NCBI RefSeq assembly: GCF_009914755.1
Contig: NC_060935.1
Origin: the human T2T-CHM13v2.0 reference genome, Homo sapiens
Strand: one strand, 5' to 3'
DNA: 64,000 nt
The notes under the pieces were generated by a model, which saw nothing but the letters and a program-made list of their open reading frames with translations, ran no database searches and was not told the origin of the DNA. The translations under genes were made by a program, and so were the position numbers. This document shows, piece after piece, positions 33,484 through 44,350 of this stretch (the stretch's first letter is position 1; the number at the start of each line of letters is the position of its first letter).

Positions 33484-36400
33484 AATAGCTGCTATTTTAA
33501 GAACATAAGAATTATTTAAGTCAAAGGATATTAATATATAACTACTTCCTTTGGCATATATTTCCAAAATTATTTTCCAGACAAGATTGTATCTAGTACT
33601 AGTATAATCCTCACTGAGTATTATAGCTTTTCTTTTTTTTATATTTAAATTCAGGAAACATTTTAATTGTTATTCTAACCCACATGTTTCATGACTAAAA
33701 AGGTCAAACTTTTTTTTCTGTATTTTTTGGAAAAGCTTCTTATGCTTCCTCTTTGGTGAATTATCCATCCATGTCCTTTATTCACTATTTTCTACTGAGA
33801 TAGTACTGTGTCTCTTTATAATTTGAAAGCAATTTTTAAAAATATTTAAAGAAGATTAGCCCTTTGTCTACAAATAATTCCCCAGTTTGTCAAATATTTA
33901 GAATTTATTTTCATAATAACTCTTGAGAAACAGGTTTTAGATTTTTAAGAAGTTAAAGCTACTGGTTTTGTTTTGTTTATTATTTTTGCTTTGTGATTTC
34001 TTCCATATATTCATCCTTAGAAACAATTTCTCCTTCCTGGAGCCTAAAAAATGCCCATTTATAGTTTATTCTAGTTTCATTACTAGAATAGTGTACTTTG
34101 ATTTAGTTTGATTTTGTCTTAATTTTAAGCATAGCACTGAGTCATTTTGATTTCTCTTTGTTTTTCCCCAAGTACATAATCAATTGTTCCAGCATTATTT
34201 ATTGAATACTCTTCTTTTTACATACTGATTTATGATGGAAATTTAACTGTATATTAAATTCTTGCATGTATGAAAGTCAGTTTCTAAATGTTTATATTGA
34301 TCAATTCTTGCCCAAGATACATACCATCTTGATAGCTGAAAGTTTATTGTATGTTTTGCTATCTTGTAAGACAAATCTCTCTTTACTGCCCTTTCCAACT
34401 TACTTTATATTATCTTTTTGAAACTTTTTCACTATTCAAAACTATATATTTTTTAAAATGAGCTATGTTTTCACTTTGTCAAGTAAGAATAATCTTAATA
34501 AAATCTTTGAGTCACATTAAACCTTTAAATTATTTCAGAGGAATTAAATAATTTCTTTTATAATATTTAGCATTCCCATTCATAAACATGGTATATCTCT
34601 ACATTTATGATGCTATTATATCTCCCCATATGTTTTCTAATTATTTTCATATAGATGACACACAGTTCTCTAAGTTGTTTTTCACAGAGTTATTTATAAA
34701 TTTGCCTAATTATTTATGATGGCATTAATAAAATAATTTCACCATCATAATTTTGACTGAATTATTGATTTCACCAACAACTATTAATATTTTATATTTG
34801 TTCTTGCATCTGAACATTTTCCTATCTTCTTTTATTAGCTCTAATAATTTTTTAAAAAAATATCTTGGGACTTCTAGATCAGTAAATTAATGATTTGTAA
34901 AATATTTTTCTGCTTACTTTAATAGCTTTAGCTCTTTTATTGCATTGCACATTTACAAGGTAATGTTGAATAATGAAGACATTAAGGATAATTTTTTTGT
35001 CTCTGAATTTTAAGTGAAGTTTTTCTGATATTTCAATTTTCAGAATGTTGCCTCTACATTTTGATATTCATCCTAATGTTAAGGAAATTTCCTTTCTTGC
35101 TTATTTTTTCAGACTTTTCCCAGGAATGGATATTAAATTTTATGAGATGATTTTAGAGCATCTGCCGGATGATTATGTTGTTTTTTTCTTTGACCTATTA
35201 CTGATGGACAATATTAATAAATGTGCTACTAATAAGTGAATATTATATTCCAAGAATAAAATCTGCACAATATAGTCTAAACATTATCTTGTAATATACT
35301 ACTGTATGATTTTCATTGGTTTAGTAAAGACTTTTATATCTATCTCTAAAATGTCATTCTGGGAATTATAACTTGGACATCAAGTTCCTTACACTCTGGT
35401 TGCCCTTTATTGGTTATCCTTCTTTTTTCTTTTTAATGGGCCAATCAAGCACACTATGTAACTAAGATGAAAGCTCTTTAAGAGCACAGGTCTTTGTTTT
35501 ATTTGCTGATTTATTTACTAAGATCCTAGAAGTATGCCTGATACATTATTCGTATTCAATAAATACTTTTTGATTGGTTAATGAATTCTCTCTTATATTG
35601 ATATTTATGTTCTTTAATAATTTTATACTCTGAATTATATATTTTTTATTCTTTGTGTCTTTATCTGGTTAGCTGAAATAAGACATAGGAGTGCATATAC
35701 AAAAATTTTCTTCCATCTGAATATGAGGGTGGTATACCGGCTGAACCATTGAATATCTGAGAATTTATTTCCGTTGCCATCAGGTGTGGAAAAACAGCTG
35801 AAGACAAAATTCTTCCCATAAGCTTTTCCCATCAAAACTGTGATATATTGTTCCATTATTTTCTAGTACTTGGCATTGCTGAAGAGTATTTTGAAGCTGG
35901 CCTTTGTTTCTTTGTTCATGATCTTTCTTTTTCTTTAATGCCAGGATGCTTTATTCTTAAATTTTGACGACAATGACAAAAAATAATACATTTTATTGTT
36001 TAAAATATACAGATATGTGTACTATATAAAGCAGAAATCTGTCTCACTACATAGTTCTTCTATGACCCCGCCTATAGGGCTTCTTCTAAATAAACTCACT
36101 TCTCAGATGGAATTACTCTAACAGTTGGTTGTGTCTCGCTTCTAAGTTTGTTTCCTTATATTTCTATAAATAGTGGAGTTTCTTCTTTCTAAATAAGATC
36201 ATACTCTTATAACTGAGTGCCTGAAAAAAGAGAGCCTTAAAAATGTTTAGAAAGAGAAGCTTCCAAATGTGCCTTTGTCTAGATGGACAAAGAAATTCAC
36301 ATTGAAGCACATTCTCTTAACCAACACTTGAATGGTCCTACTTGATTATGTAAATATTAGGTGAGTAGGCACCCATCACTCTGAAGAAAAGGCATGGCAG

Positions 36401-37024
36401 GGACTGTGTGTCTTTGCCAAGGTTGCCTTTTCTCATTGTCCCTAAGTATGTAGGCATATCTGGTCTTTGAGTAGAAAGTGGAAAAGGTTTACACTGAAGC
36501 CATGCTCAGAAAACAGACGGATGGTCCCAGGCAGTGAGAAATTTCTAATTGTGGGGAAGGACAAGTACATTTCAAGGAATAGTGATATCTTCTATTAAAT
36601 TTGAGGGTGTTTCCTTTATTGACTATAATTACTTCCTATCATCTCCAAGCCTTCGGGGGAAATCTGTTAACTAAAATGACCTAGTGTTATTTGTGAAAGT
36701 CCCACAAAGGAAGAGGAAAAGAGTCCACAGCAAGAGGTAACATAGAACCAGAAGCAAAGAAAACCTATCAGGAGCAGGTTACAGGGGTGAAGCAGGATTC
36801 AGGAGAAACTCATAGGAACGTAAGCCCTCCCTGGAAATCTAAAGTACTACACCAGTGGTAGAGGTAGGTGTGCTCCACACAGTGTGCGGTGTGGCTGCTT
36901 GAACCATCTTATTTGCATATTATGCAAAGGATAAGACTTGAAAGAGGGGGAGTTTGGGGAGTACTAGATTATAAATGCTTGAATATCAATAATCCCCACA
37001 GTTGGGATGACTGTTCTAACTGGA

Positions 37025-37654
37025 TGTGGTGGGCAGCCTCTAAGATGGCACCCAAAGAGCCCCACTTCCAGATATCCATGCCTTCGTGTAAACACTTCCC
37101 CTTGGTTATGGGCTAGATTTAATGATTCAATTTTAGCAAATAGAATACAGCAGAGGTGATGGGATGTCACTTCCAAGATTAGATTACAAAAATACTATGG
37201 ATGCCATCTCTCTTGACATCTGGGGCATTCTCTTACTTGCTCGGACATAGGAAAGCCAGGTGCCATGTTGCGAGCTTCCCAGTGTAGAGGCCCACTTGAC
37301 TTGGAACTGGAAAAGGTCTCCAATGGCCTGCTAGAGAAGGTCTCCATCCAATAGCCTGCTAGAGAAGCTCTCCAGCCAATGGCCCAATTCAACAGCCTGT
37401 GAGGAATGGAAACATCCAAGCAATCACATAAATGAGCTTGGAAGGGAAATTCTCCCCTAGACAAGCCTTCAGATGAGACCACAGCCCTGGCTTATAGCTC
37501 ATCTACAACTTCCTAAGAAACTTTGAACCAAAAGTACCCAGCTAAGCCACACTTGGATTCCTGATCTACAGACACTGTGAGAAAATAAATATTTGTTATT
37601 TTAAGTTGATAAGTTTTGGGATAATTTCTTATGCAACAGTAGATAATTGATTCA
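37025..37654 (+). mobile_element. MLT1F-like MaLR solo LTR
   Basis: TGTGGTGGGCAGCCTCTAAGATGGC...CAAGCCTTCAGATGAGACCACAGCCC...GCAACAGTAGATAA. Confidence 0.85.
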
Positions 37655-38017
37655 ATGGGAAAAATAATCAAGTATATGTTGCAGATAATTGACAACTTTG
37701 GGCAAAGACTATGTTTGGGATTCTAAATGGAATAAAACATTTAATAGAGTCAGAGTGTAAGAAATACAATGATATATGTTCAAGGATGCATCACAGTATA
37801 AAGCAACATGCCACAGGATACTATAGCAAAACATTCATTTTCATGATTTCACTTATTTCTTAAGGTACATATGCAATATGTCTTAGAAGAGACAACACAG
37901 AAGCTCAGCAGAGCCTCACTAGAAAACTCTGACTTGCCTTCCCTCACTTCCCAATGACCTAACATGAAAACGCAAAAAGTTACATAGGAATATTGGTTAA
38001 AAAGTCTGGTAGATTTC

Positions 38018-38909
38018 TTTTTTTTTTTTTTTTTTTTTTTAACTCATTTTTATCAAAATTTGTGCAGTTGTAAAAATTTTTTTTTTTTTATTATACTCTA
38101 AGTTTTAGGGTACATGTGCACATTGTGCAGGTTAGTTACATATGTATACATGTGCCATGCTGGTGCGCTGCACCCACTAACGTGTCATCTAACATTAGGT
38201 ATATCTCCCAATGCTATCCCTCCCCCGACCCCACCACAGTCCCCAGAGTGTGATATTCCCCTTCCTGTGTCCATGTGATCTCATTGTTCAATTCCCACCT
38301 ATGCGTGAGAATATGCGGTGTTTGGTTTTTTGTTCTTGCGATAGTTTACTGAGAGTGATGGTTTCCAATTTCATCCATGTCCCTACAAAGGACATGAACT
38401 CATCATTTTTTATGGCTGCATAGTATTCCATGGTGTATATGTGCCACATTTTCTTAATCCAGTCTATCATTGTTGGACATTTGGGTTGGTTCCAAGTCTT
38501 TGCTATTGTGAATAGTGCCGCAATAAACATACGTGTGCATGTGTCTTTATAGCAGCATGATTTATAGTCCTTTGGGTATATACCCAGTAATGGGATGGCT
38601 GGGTCAAATGGTATTTCTAGTTCTAGATCCCTGAGGAATCGCCACACTGACTTCCACAATGGTTGAACTAGTTTACAGTCCCACCAACAGTGTAAAAGTG
38701 TTCCTATTTCTCCACATCCTCTCCAGCACCTGTTGTTTCCTGACTTTTTAATGATTGCCATTCTAACTGGTGTGAGATGATATCTCATAGTGGTTTTGAT
38801 TTGCATTTCTCTGATGGCCAGTGATGATGAGCATTTCTTCATGTGTTTTTTGGCTGCATAAATGTCTTCTTTGTCACCACCAGGCCTGCCCTAAAAGAGC
38901 TCCTGAAGG
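38018..38909 (-). mobile_element. L1HS pre-Ta insertion, 5'-truncated and inverted, with 3' transduction; holds the open ORF2 C-terminus (38288-38842)
   Basis: ACG diagnostic (plus-strand CGT at 38181-38183), L1HS G diagnostic (plus-strand C at 38098), ORF2 C-terminal peptide [31 protein letters not shown] at 38008-38017 and 38908-38917. Confidence 0.95.
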
Positions 38910-39384
38910 TAGATTTCAAGTAAAATCACTAACAAAGGATGCTACGCGGTCCAGGGCTTTCACCTACCAGAGGATACAGAGGAGTCACTCTCCCCTCCAA
39001 CCACACAAAACAGACTACAGAGGTCTTTTTATGTATGCTTTTAAGGAATTCCATTCCTGGGATTCAACATAGCTGAGGCATATATGGACAGATGGTGGAG
39101 CATTGTATCCAGAGATATCAAGATGAGAGGATAAAAGAAGAGAAATCGTTGAAGTTTCCTTGCTCTTATTAGTACATTTAAAAAAATCATAGTCCATGGG
39201 CTGTTACAACAAGTTCTCAATGTTTTCCATTTTTATATTTGCCTTGTTATAATCCTTAAAATTAATTAATCTTAAAATACATAATTGCCAAAGTTTTGTT
39301 CTATTTAAAACTGTGATTTTATTTAATATTGACATTACAAGTCCATTTCTGGAATCTGCCTGCCACAGAGGTTTGGTCCATCAG

Positions 39385-39592
39385 ATAGTGTGGTTTCACA
39401 GTTAATAGAGTCTCTAGGCAGACTGCCTGGGTTTGAAACCTGGCTCTCCTAATTATTGGCTGTTTCACCTTGGGTAAGTGCTTCCATGCTTCAGTTTCCT
39501 TACTGGTAAGATGGATGTAGTAATAGCACCTACCTTATAGAATTATTTTGAGGAATCAATGAGTTATTATTTGTAAAGTGCTTAGAACAGCA
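39385..39592 (+). mobile_element. MIR SINE hosting MIR302E
   Basis: GACTGCCTGGGTTTGAAACCTGGCTCT...TTGGGTAAGT...TCAGTTTCCT...TAATAGCACCTACCTTATAG...GTAAAGTGCTTAGAACAG follows the MIR consensus. Confidence 0.88.
39470..39541 (+). ncRNA. MIR302E: Annotated mir-302e precursor (mature TAAGTGCTTCCATGCTT at 39475-39491); doubtful as a real miRNA
   Basis: The 72 nt TTGGGTAAGTGCTTCCATGCTT...CCTTATAGA match the miRBase hsa-mir-302e sequence as I recall it; miR-302 seed AAGTGCT is present. Confidence 0.85.
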
Positions 39593-41869
39593 ACAGCTCC
39601 ACAAATGGTCTCCTTCCCACTAATTCTGTAATAAAACAGCAAGTGCTGGGGGAAGGTGGGGGTGATGGGGGGCAAGAAAAGGAACCTGAAGCTTCTCCAG
39701 TGCATAGAAGTTTCTTTTGCCTCAGGAGTCATCCTGACCCAGAAACGGTGTTAGTGGTGTAACATTGGGCTACTTTGTGTTCGCTGGAAATCCCAGACTA
39801 ATATTAATATTCATGGGATAGTCTCTGGAAGCCTAGACTTGGACCCACTTATACCTTAGTGCTTAAATTGTACAGACACTCAGACAGGTATGAATTAAAC
39901 TTGGGTGGGGGGCAGCTTATTCGGCCATCAATTTTTATTTTATAGTTCTATGTGTGTGTGTGTTTTGAAAAACAAATGGTTCATTTTCTTGCTCCTGTGG
40001 GAGCAAAGCAAGTCATAAACTTAAAGCAAGTGTCTGCAAAAAACTTTCCAGGCACCAGTCTTTCTGACAGACAGAACATCATCTATTCAGTAGAAAAAGT
40101 CAAACTTGCTTGCTATCTTTTAATACTCAAAAACAAAAACAAAAACAAAACCCAACAACACTGAGACTGGTAGCTTTTCCATGGTTATCTCCATCTAAAC
40201 CTTCATGAATAGATTCCTTCCTCCAGGAATAAGGAATGAAGACCTAGGACTGACAAGCAAGAAACATGAGCTCCATCCATGTTTGTTCTCTGGCGTAAAC
40301 TCTGTAACTTGGAGGAAGGCTTTTGGTTTCTGAGGTTGGGCTGGGAATTCTGCAGGGCATAGACAACTTGCTCTCAATGGAGAAAACACACAAGCACACA
40401 CTCAGAGAGACTCAGACAACTTGCATGCATACACACACAAAATTCTCACATGTAGACACACCTTCAAGATACACATTTACATTAATGTTCACAGGTCTAA
40501 GGTGTTAAGACTCAGGGAGGATCATGGAGGGGTGAGGGGCTTAGATCAGTTCAGAAGAGGAAACTTTTCAGATAGATTTCTGTCAAAGTAAAATTTAGGT
40601 GCAGAGCCCTCTTCGAGCCCTTCATCAAGATTCACAAAAATAAGGCATTAGGCTAGAAATAGCTCTCTGCAGGCATTTATATATACCTTTAAACTCCATT
40701 GTTTGAAGCCTATCAATTTGGAGTGCTGAATTCTACTAGATTCTAAGATATTAGAGTAAGATAGAAAGATGAATTTTAGTCAACCAATCAATGTGCACTC
40801 AATGGATGCCTACTACAGTCACAGGCAGTGCCCTCTGGGCCCTGGGATAGAGAGATGATTGAGATATTATCCCTACCCGATGATAGTCTAGTAGGGAAGA
40901 TGAGACTAATACATATGAAACCAGCTAATCTAACTTCAACGTTAGACTATTAGAGCCCAAAAAGTGTCCTGCCTTGTCAAACATGCTATTTTGCCATTGA
41001 AATACTGCTATCCAGACATAGTAAGTAAATTTCTTATGGCCACATGATCAAATAATAGACCAGTTCTTCTAGAGAGAATTACTCTCTCCATCCCTTTGCA
41101 TTGTTTTATAATTTTATAAAAAACTTTTACATGACTCTGTGCTTTAACTAGGCATCTGCCTGTCTGTCCTTCCTTCAGGGATGTGATGCCCCACAGGTAA
41201 GAACCTGACCTTATACATTTAAGGAGCGCACAGTGACTGATAAGGCCATATTTAGCCAGGAGGTGCTCAACTCATCAGCCTTAAGTGATCGGAAAGGATC
41301 AAAGACAACAGTCCAGGGAATTCCTCTTGGCCAAGGTCGCCATTCATTACACCAGATAGCACAGGTAGTAAAGACCTAAATCTTGGATACAAATTCGAGG
41401 TAAGATATTTTAAACTTGGCGTAAAATTATAGACCTGTTTCTAAGCCCTTCTGTCTTCTTCTCCATTTTAAACTCAGTTGCTTTATAATTTTACATAAAA
41501 GGGTAATGCATTTTCATTTCAGCCAGCAGGAAAAGGTTAGGCTCCTCAGGTGCTTTTGAATCTTCATGTTTGCAGACAAAATCATTGAAAGGTTTTGATA
41601 TATTTCTCCTAAGGGTTTTTCTTGAAATTACACCAGGTCACTCAATCATCAGACAAGCATTTTTAAAAACAAAACAAAACAAAACTGCTCTTTGTCAAAT
41701 ACTGGGCAAGTTGTTGTCTACAAACTTGCTTGGCTGAATTACTGAGCAACTACTTTATGCCCAGAGAAAAGAAAAGAGCAGCATGGTTCTTACATGTTTG
41801 CTAAGCTCTTGACCCATGCTCTCATGAGTACCCTATCCCATCTGGATCTGAGTGTTGCCCTTCACTATC

Positions 41870-42640
41870 CACCTTCTTTCATTTAACAGTTATTCACTGG
41901 ACACCTCCTATGTGTCAGGCACTGTCTTAGATGCTGGATTCTTGGTGATGAACATGGCAGACAAGGTCCCTAGCCTCAGGGAGTGAACATACTAGTTGTC
42001 AGAGGGAATGGGGGATGGGAGTAAGCAAAAACAAAAACAAAAACAAATAAACAAAAAAAACCAATAAGCAAACAGATACTCAGAACCCTGAACTGTTTCT
42101 GACATATAGCAGGTGTTCAATAAATATTTGTGATTTAATGGAATGAGCAAGATAGTTTCTGATAGTGATAAGGGATATGAAGGATATTGATGTGAAATAG
42201 AGCATTTAGACAGGGTCAACATGGAAGGCTCTGTGAAAAGGTGATGTATAGGCCAATATGCAAAGGAAAGGAAGGAGCCTGCAGAAAAGGTGTCCCTAAA
42301 GTTGAGGAAGAAGCAAGTGAAACATCAGGGAGTTAGTAACAAACTGATTGCATTTGAGGACAGAGAGAGAACAATGTGACTGAGACAAACTGAGCAAGAG
42401 GGAGAGTAGCACAAACTGATGTCAGAAAGGTAGAGGGAGCTCAGCTATGCTGGCACTATGGATCAAACAAAGGAGTTTGGGCTTAATTTCCAGTGTTATT
42501 GGAAGCATTTGGGGTTGAAGCAGTAAGTCAATGTGATTAAACTCATGAATTGAAAGATCGCCATGGCTGCTCTGAGGGGAAAGAATTGGTAGGAGGCAAT
42601 ATTGGAAGAAGGAAGTGCGTCAGTTAGGATGTTTTAGCAC
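41870..42640 (-). mobile_element. L2 LINE fragment
   Basis: ACACCTCCTATGTGTCAGGCACTGT...GACAAGGTCCCTAGCCTCAGGGAG and a purine-rich body. Confidence 0.75.
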
Positions 42641-42909
42641 ATCAACAGGTTATAGGTGTGAAAGATATTGTTCCCCTCTGCCCTTGGTGTAACCAGGAGA
42701 GAATGAGTTTGGCCAAAGCTGTGGGGCGGTTCTGGCCATAGGAGGATTCATCCTTTAACCAGAGAATGCTGAAAAATTAGCACCATCTTCCGTGTCTGTC
42801 ACAATGTAAAAAATATTGGAAAGCCCTGCTTCAATACATATTTTTCATGCTTTCTGGCCATCGGGCTTCTTTAATACACTCTTTCTATGTTTGGAGAAAT
42901 TTCCCACTT

Positions 42910-43441
42910 GAAAACCAGCCTCCAAGATAACTGCTAGTGATCCCCACGTCCTAGCATTTGCTCCCTTGAGTGGTTCCCTCCCACACAGCACCAGGGTTAG
43001 TGTGTGTAACCAATAGAACACAGCAGAAGTGATGGCGTATCACTTCTAAGATTAGGTTATAAAAGACAGTGGCTTATGTCTTGAGCTTCCTCTCTTGCTT
43101 TTTTCTTTTTTTCTCTCTCTCATCACTCACTCTGGAATAGTCAGCTATTTCTTAAGAATACCCCAGTATCCTTGTGGAGAGGGCTGCATGATGAGAAACT
43201 GAGACTTCCAGCCAGTAGCCAAGCAGTAGGCATTATTGAAAGCAGCCCCAGTCAAGACTTCAGATGATGCAGCTCTGGCCAGCAAGTTGACTAGAATCTC
43301 ATGGCAGACCCTGAACCAGAACCACCCACCTAAACTGCTTCTGGATTTCTGACACTTAGATATTGTGAAATGATAAATGTGTGCTGTTTTAAGTTGTTCA
43401 TTGTGGGGGTAATTTGTTACATAATAATAGATGATGAGTGC
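42910..43441 (+). mobile_element. MLT1F-like MaLR solo LTR, sense to SYT9
   Basis: CAGCCTCCAAGAT...AAGATTAGGTTATAAAAGAC...CCAGTCAAGACTTCAGATGATGCAGC...GTAATTTGTTACATAATAATAGA. Confidence 0.85.
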
Positions 43442-43571
43442 ATCCCCTTTGTGAACCCTGCTACCACACTCAGCCTCTCTTGCAGTCCTGAGCTTTGTCA
43501 ACATGATCCTCCTGCCTGAGACTTCAATTTGGGAAAGAATGATATGAAGAAGCCAGTAATGCAGAGAACAA

Positions 43572-43620
43572 ATGCTGGCGAAGGTGGTGGAGGGAGATTT
43601 AGCTTTCAAAGGAGGCAGAG
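43572..43620 (+). CDS. SYT9: Candidate alternative first coding exon of SYT9 (MLAKVVEGDLAFKGGR + 1 nt)
   Basis: ATG at 43572, 49 nt to GAG|GTAAAG donor at 43621, phase 1 like canonical exon 1. Consistent with my unverified recollection of an annotated upstream SYT9 first exon about 13 kb 5' of the main one. Confidence 0.55.
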
Positions 43621-43859
43621 GTAAAGTTGCTAGTGGGGAATCTTGTGCCCATCTCTGTCCCTGTGGATGGCTGTGCCTGCACCCAGAAGTGGTGGGAGTG
43701 GTAGAGTCAGCATTGGAGCTGTCTGCTGACAGAACATGGATATTGTTTCTGGCTACCTGACACCCAAGCCTGATTTACTCCAGGATATTCTTTCATACAT
43801 TTTGTTTAAACTATCTAGTGAGCTCTCTTATTGGCAACTAGGAACCCAGACTGACATAA

Positions 43860-44350
43860 AAACCTTTGAAGGCAAGTAACAGAAAACACTGCCTCAAAGT
43901 AGCTTAAATAATATGGAATGAACTAGCTCCCCTAACAGGAAGTGCAGAAGAAGGGGACTGCAGGGGTGAACCGCCAAGATTCTGGCTCCACTGTTCTAGA
44001 GCACTCAAGCCTGGGTCTTTCCCTGGGTGTTTCATCATCCTTTCTGGCTGGTGGCAGTTTGACTACAGCAGTCTTTTTGTAACAGTGAGGCACCTTATTC
44101 AGTAGCCCTCTATAGACTTTCCTTCATGTCTCATTAGCCCTAATTATGTCAGATGCTCCATCCCAAACCTAACACTGGAAAGAAGAATGGTTTTACCACA
44201 ACTGCCTTGGACTAATTAGTTTTGACCTCCAGGATCCGGGAAAAAAGTCATACTCCCTCAAAGCACCTGGAAGAAGGTGGCTACATTAAAAAATATAGGG
44301 CTTTTCTGTAGACTAATAGATACTGAGTAAGCAACCAATACAGTCTGCTT
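43860..44350 (-). mobile_element. Old MLT1 (J/K-like) LTR
   Basis: GCAAGTAACAGAAAAC...AGCTTAAATAA...CTTCATGTCTCATTAGCCC...GAGTAAGCAACCAATACAGTCTGC. Confidence 0.6.

Noticed and set aside
38288-38842. 184-aa ORF as a host gene
   Set aside because: It is the L1 ORF2p C-terminus of a promoterless truncated insertion.
40826-40842. CTCF-like CAGTGCCCTCTGG
   Set aside because: Partial core match only; the remaining consensus positions disagree.
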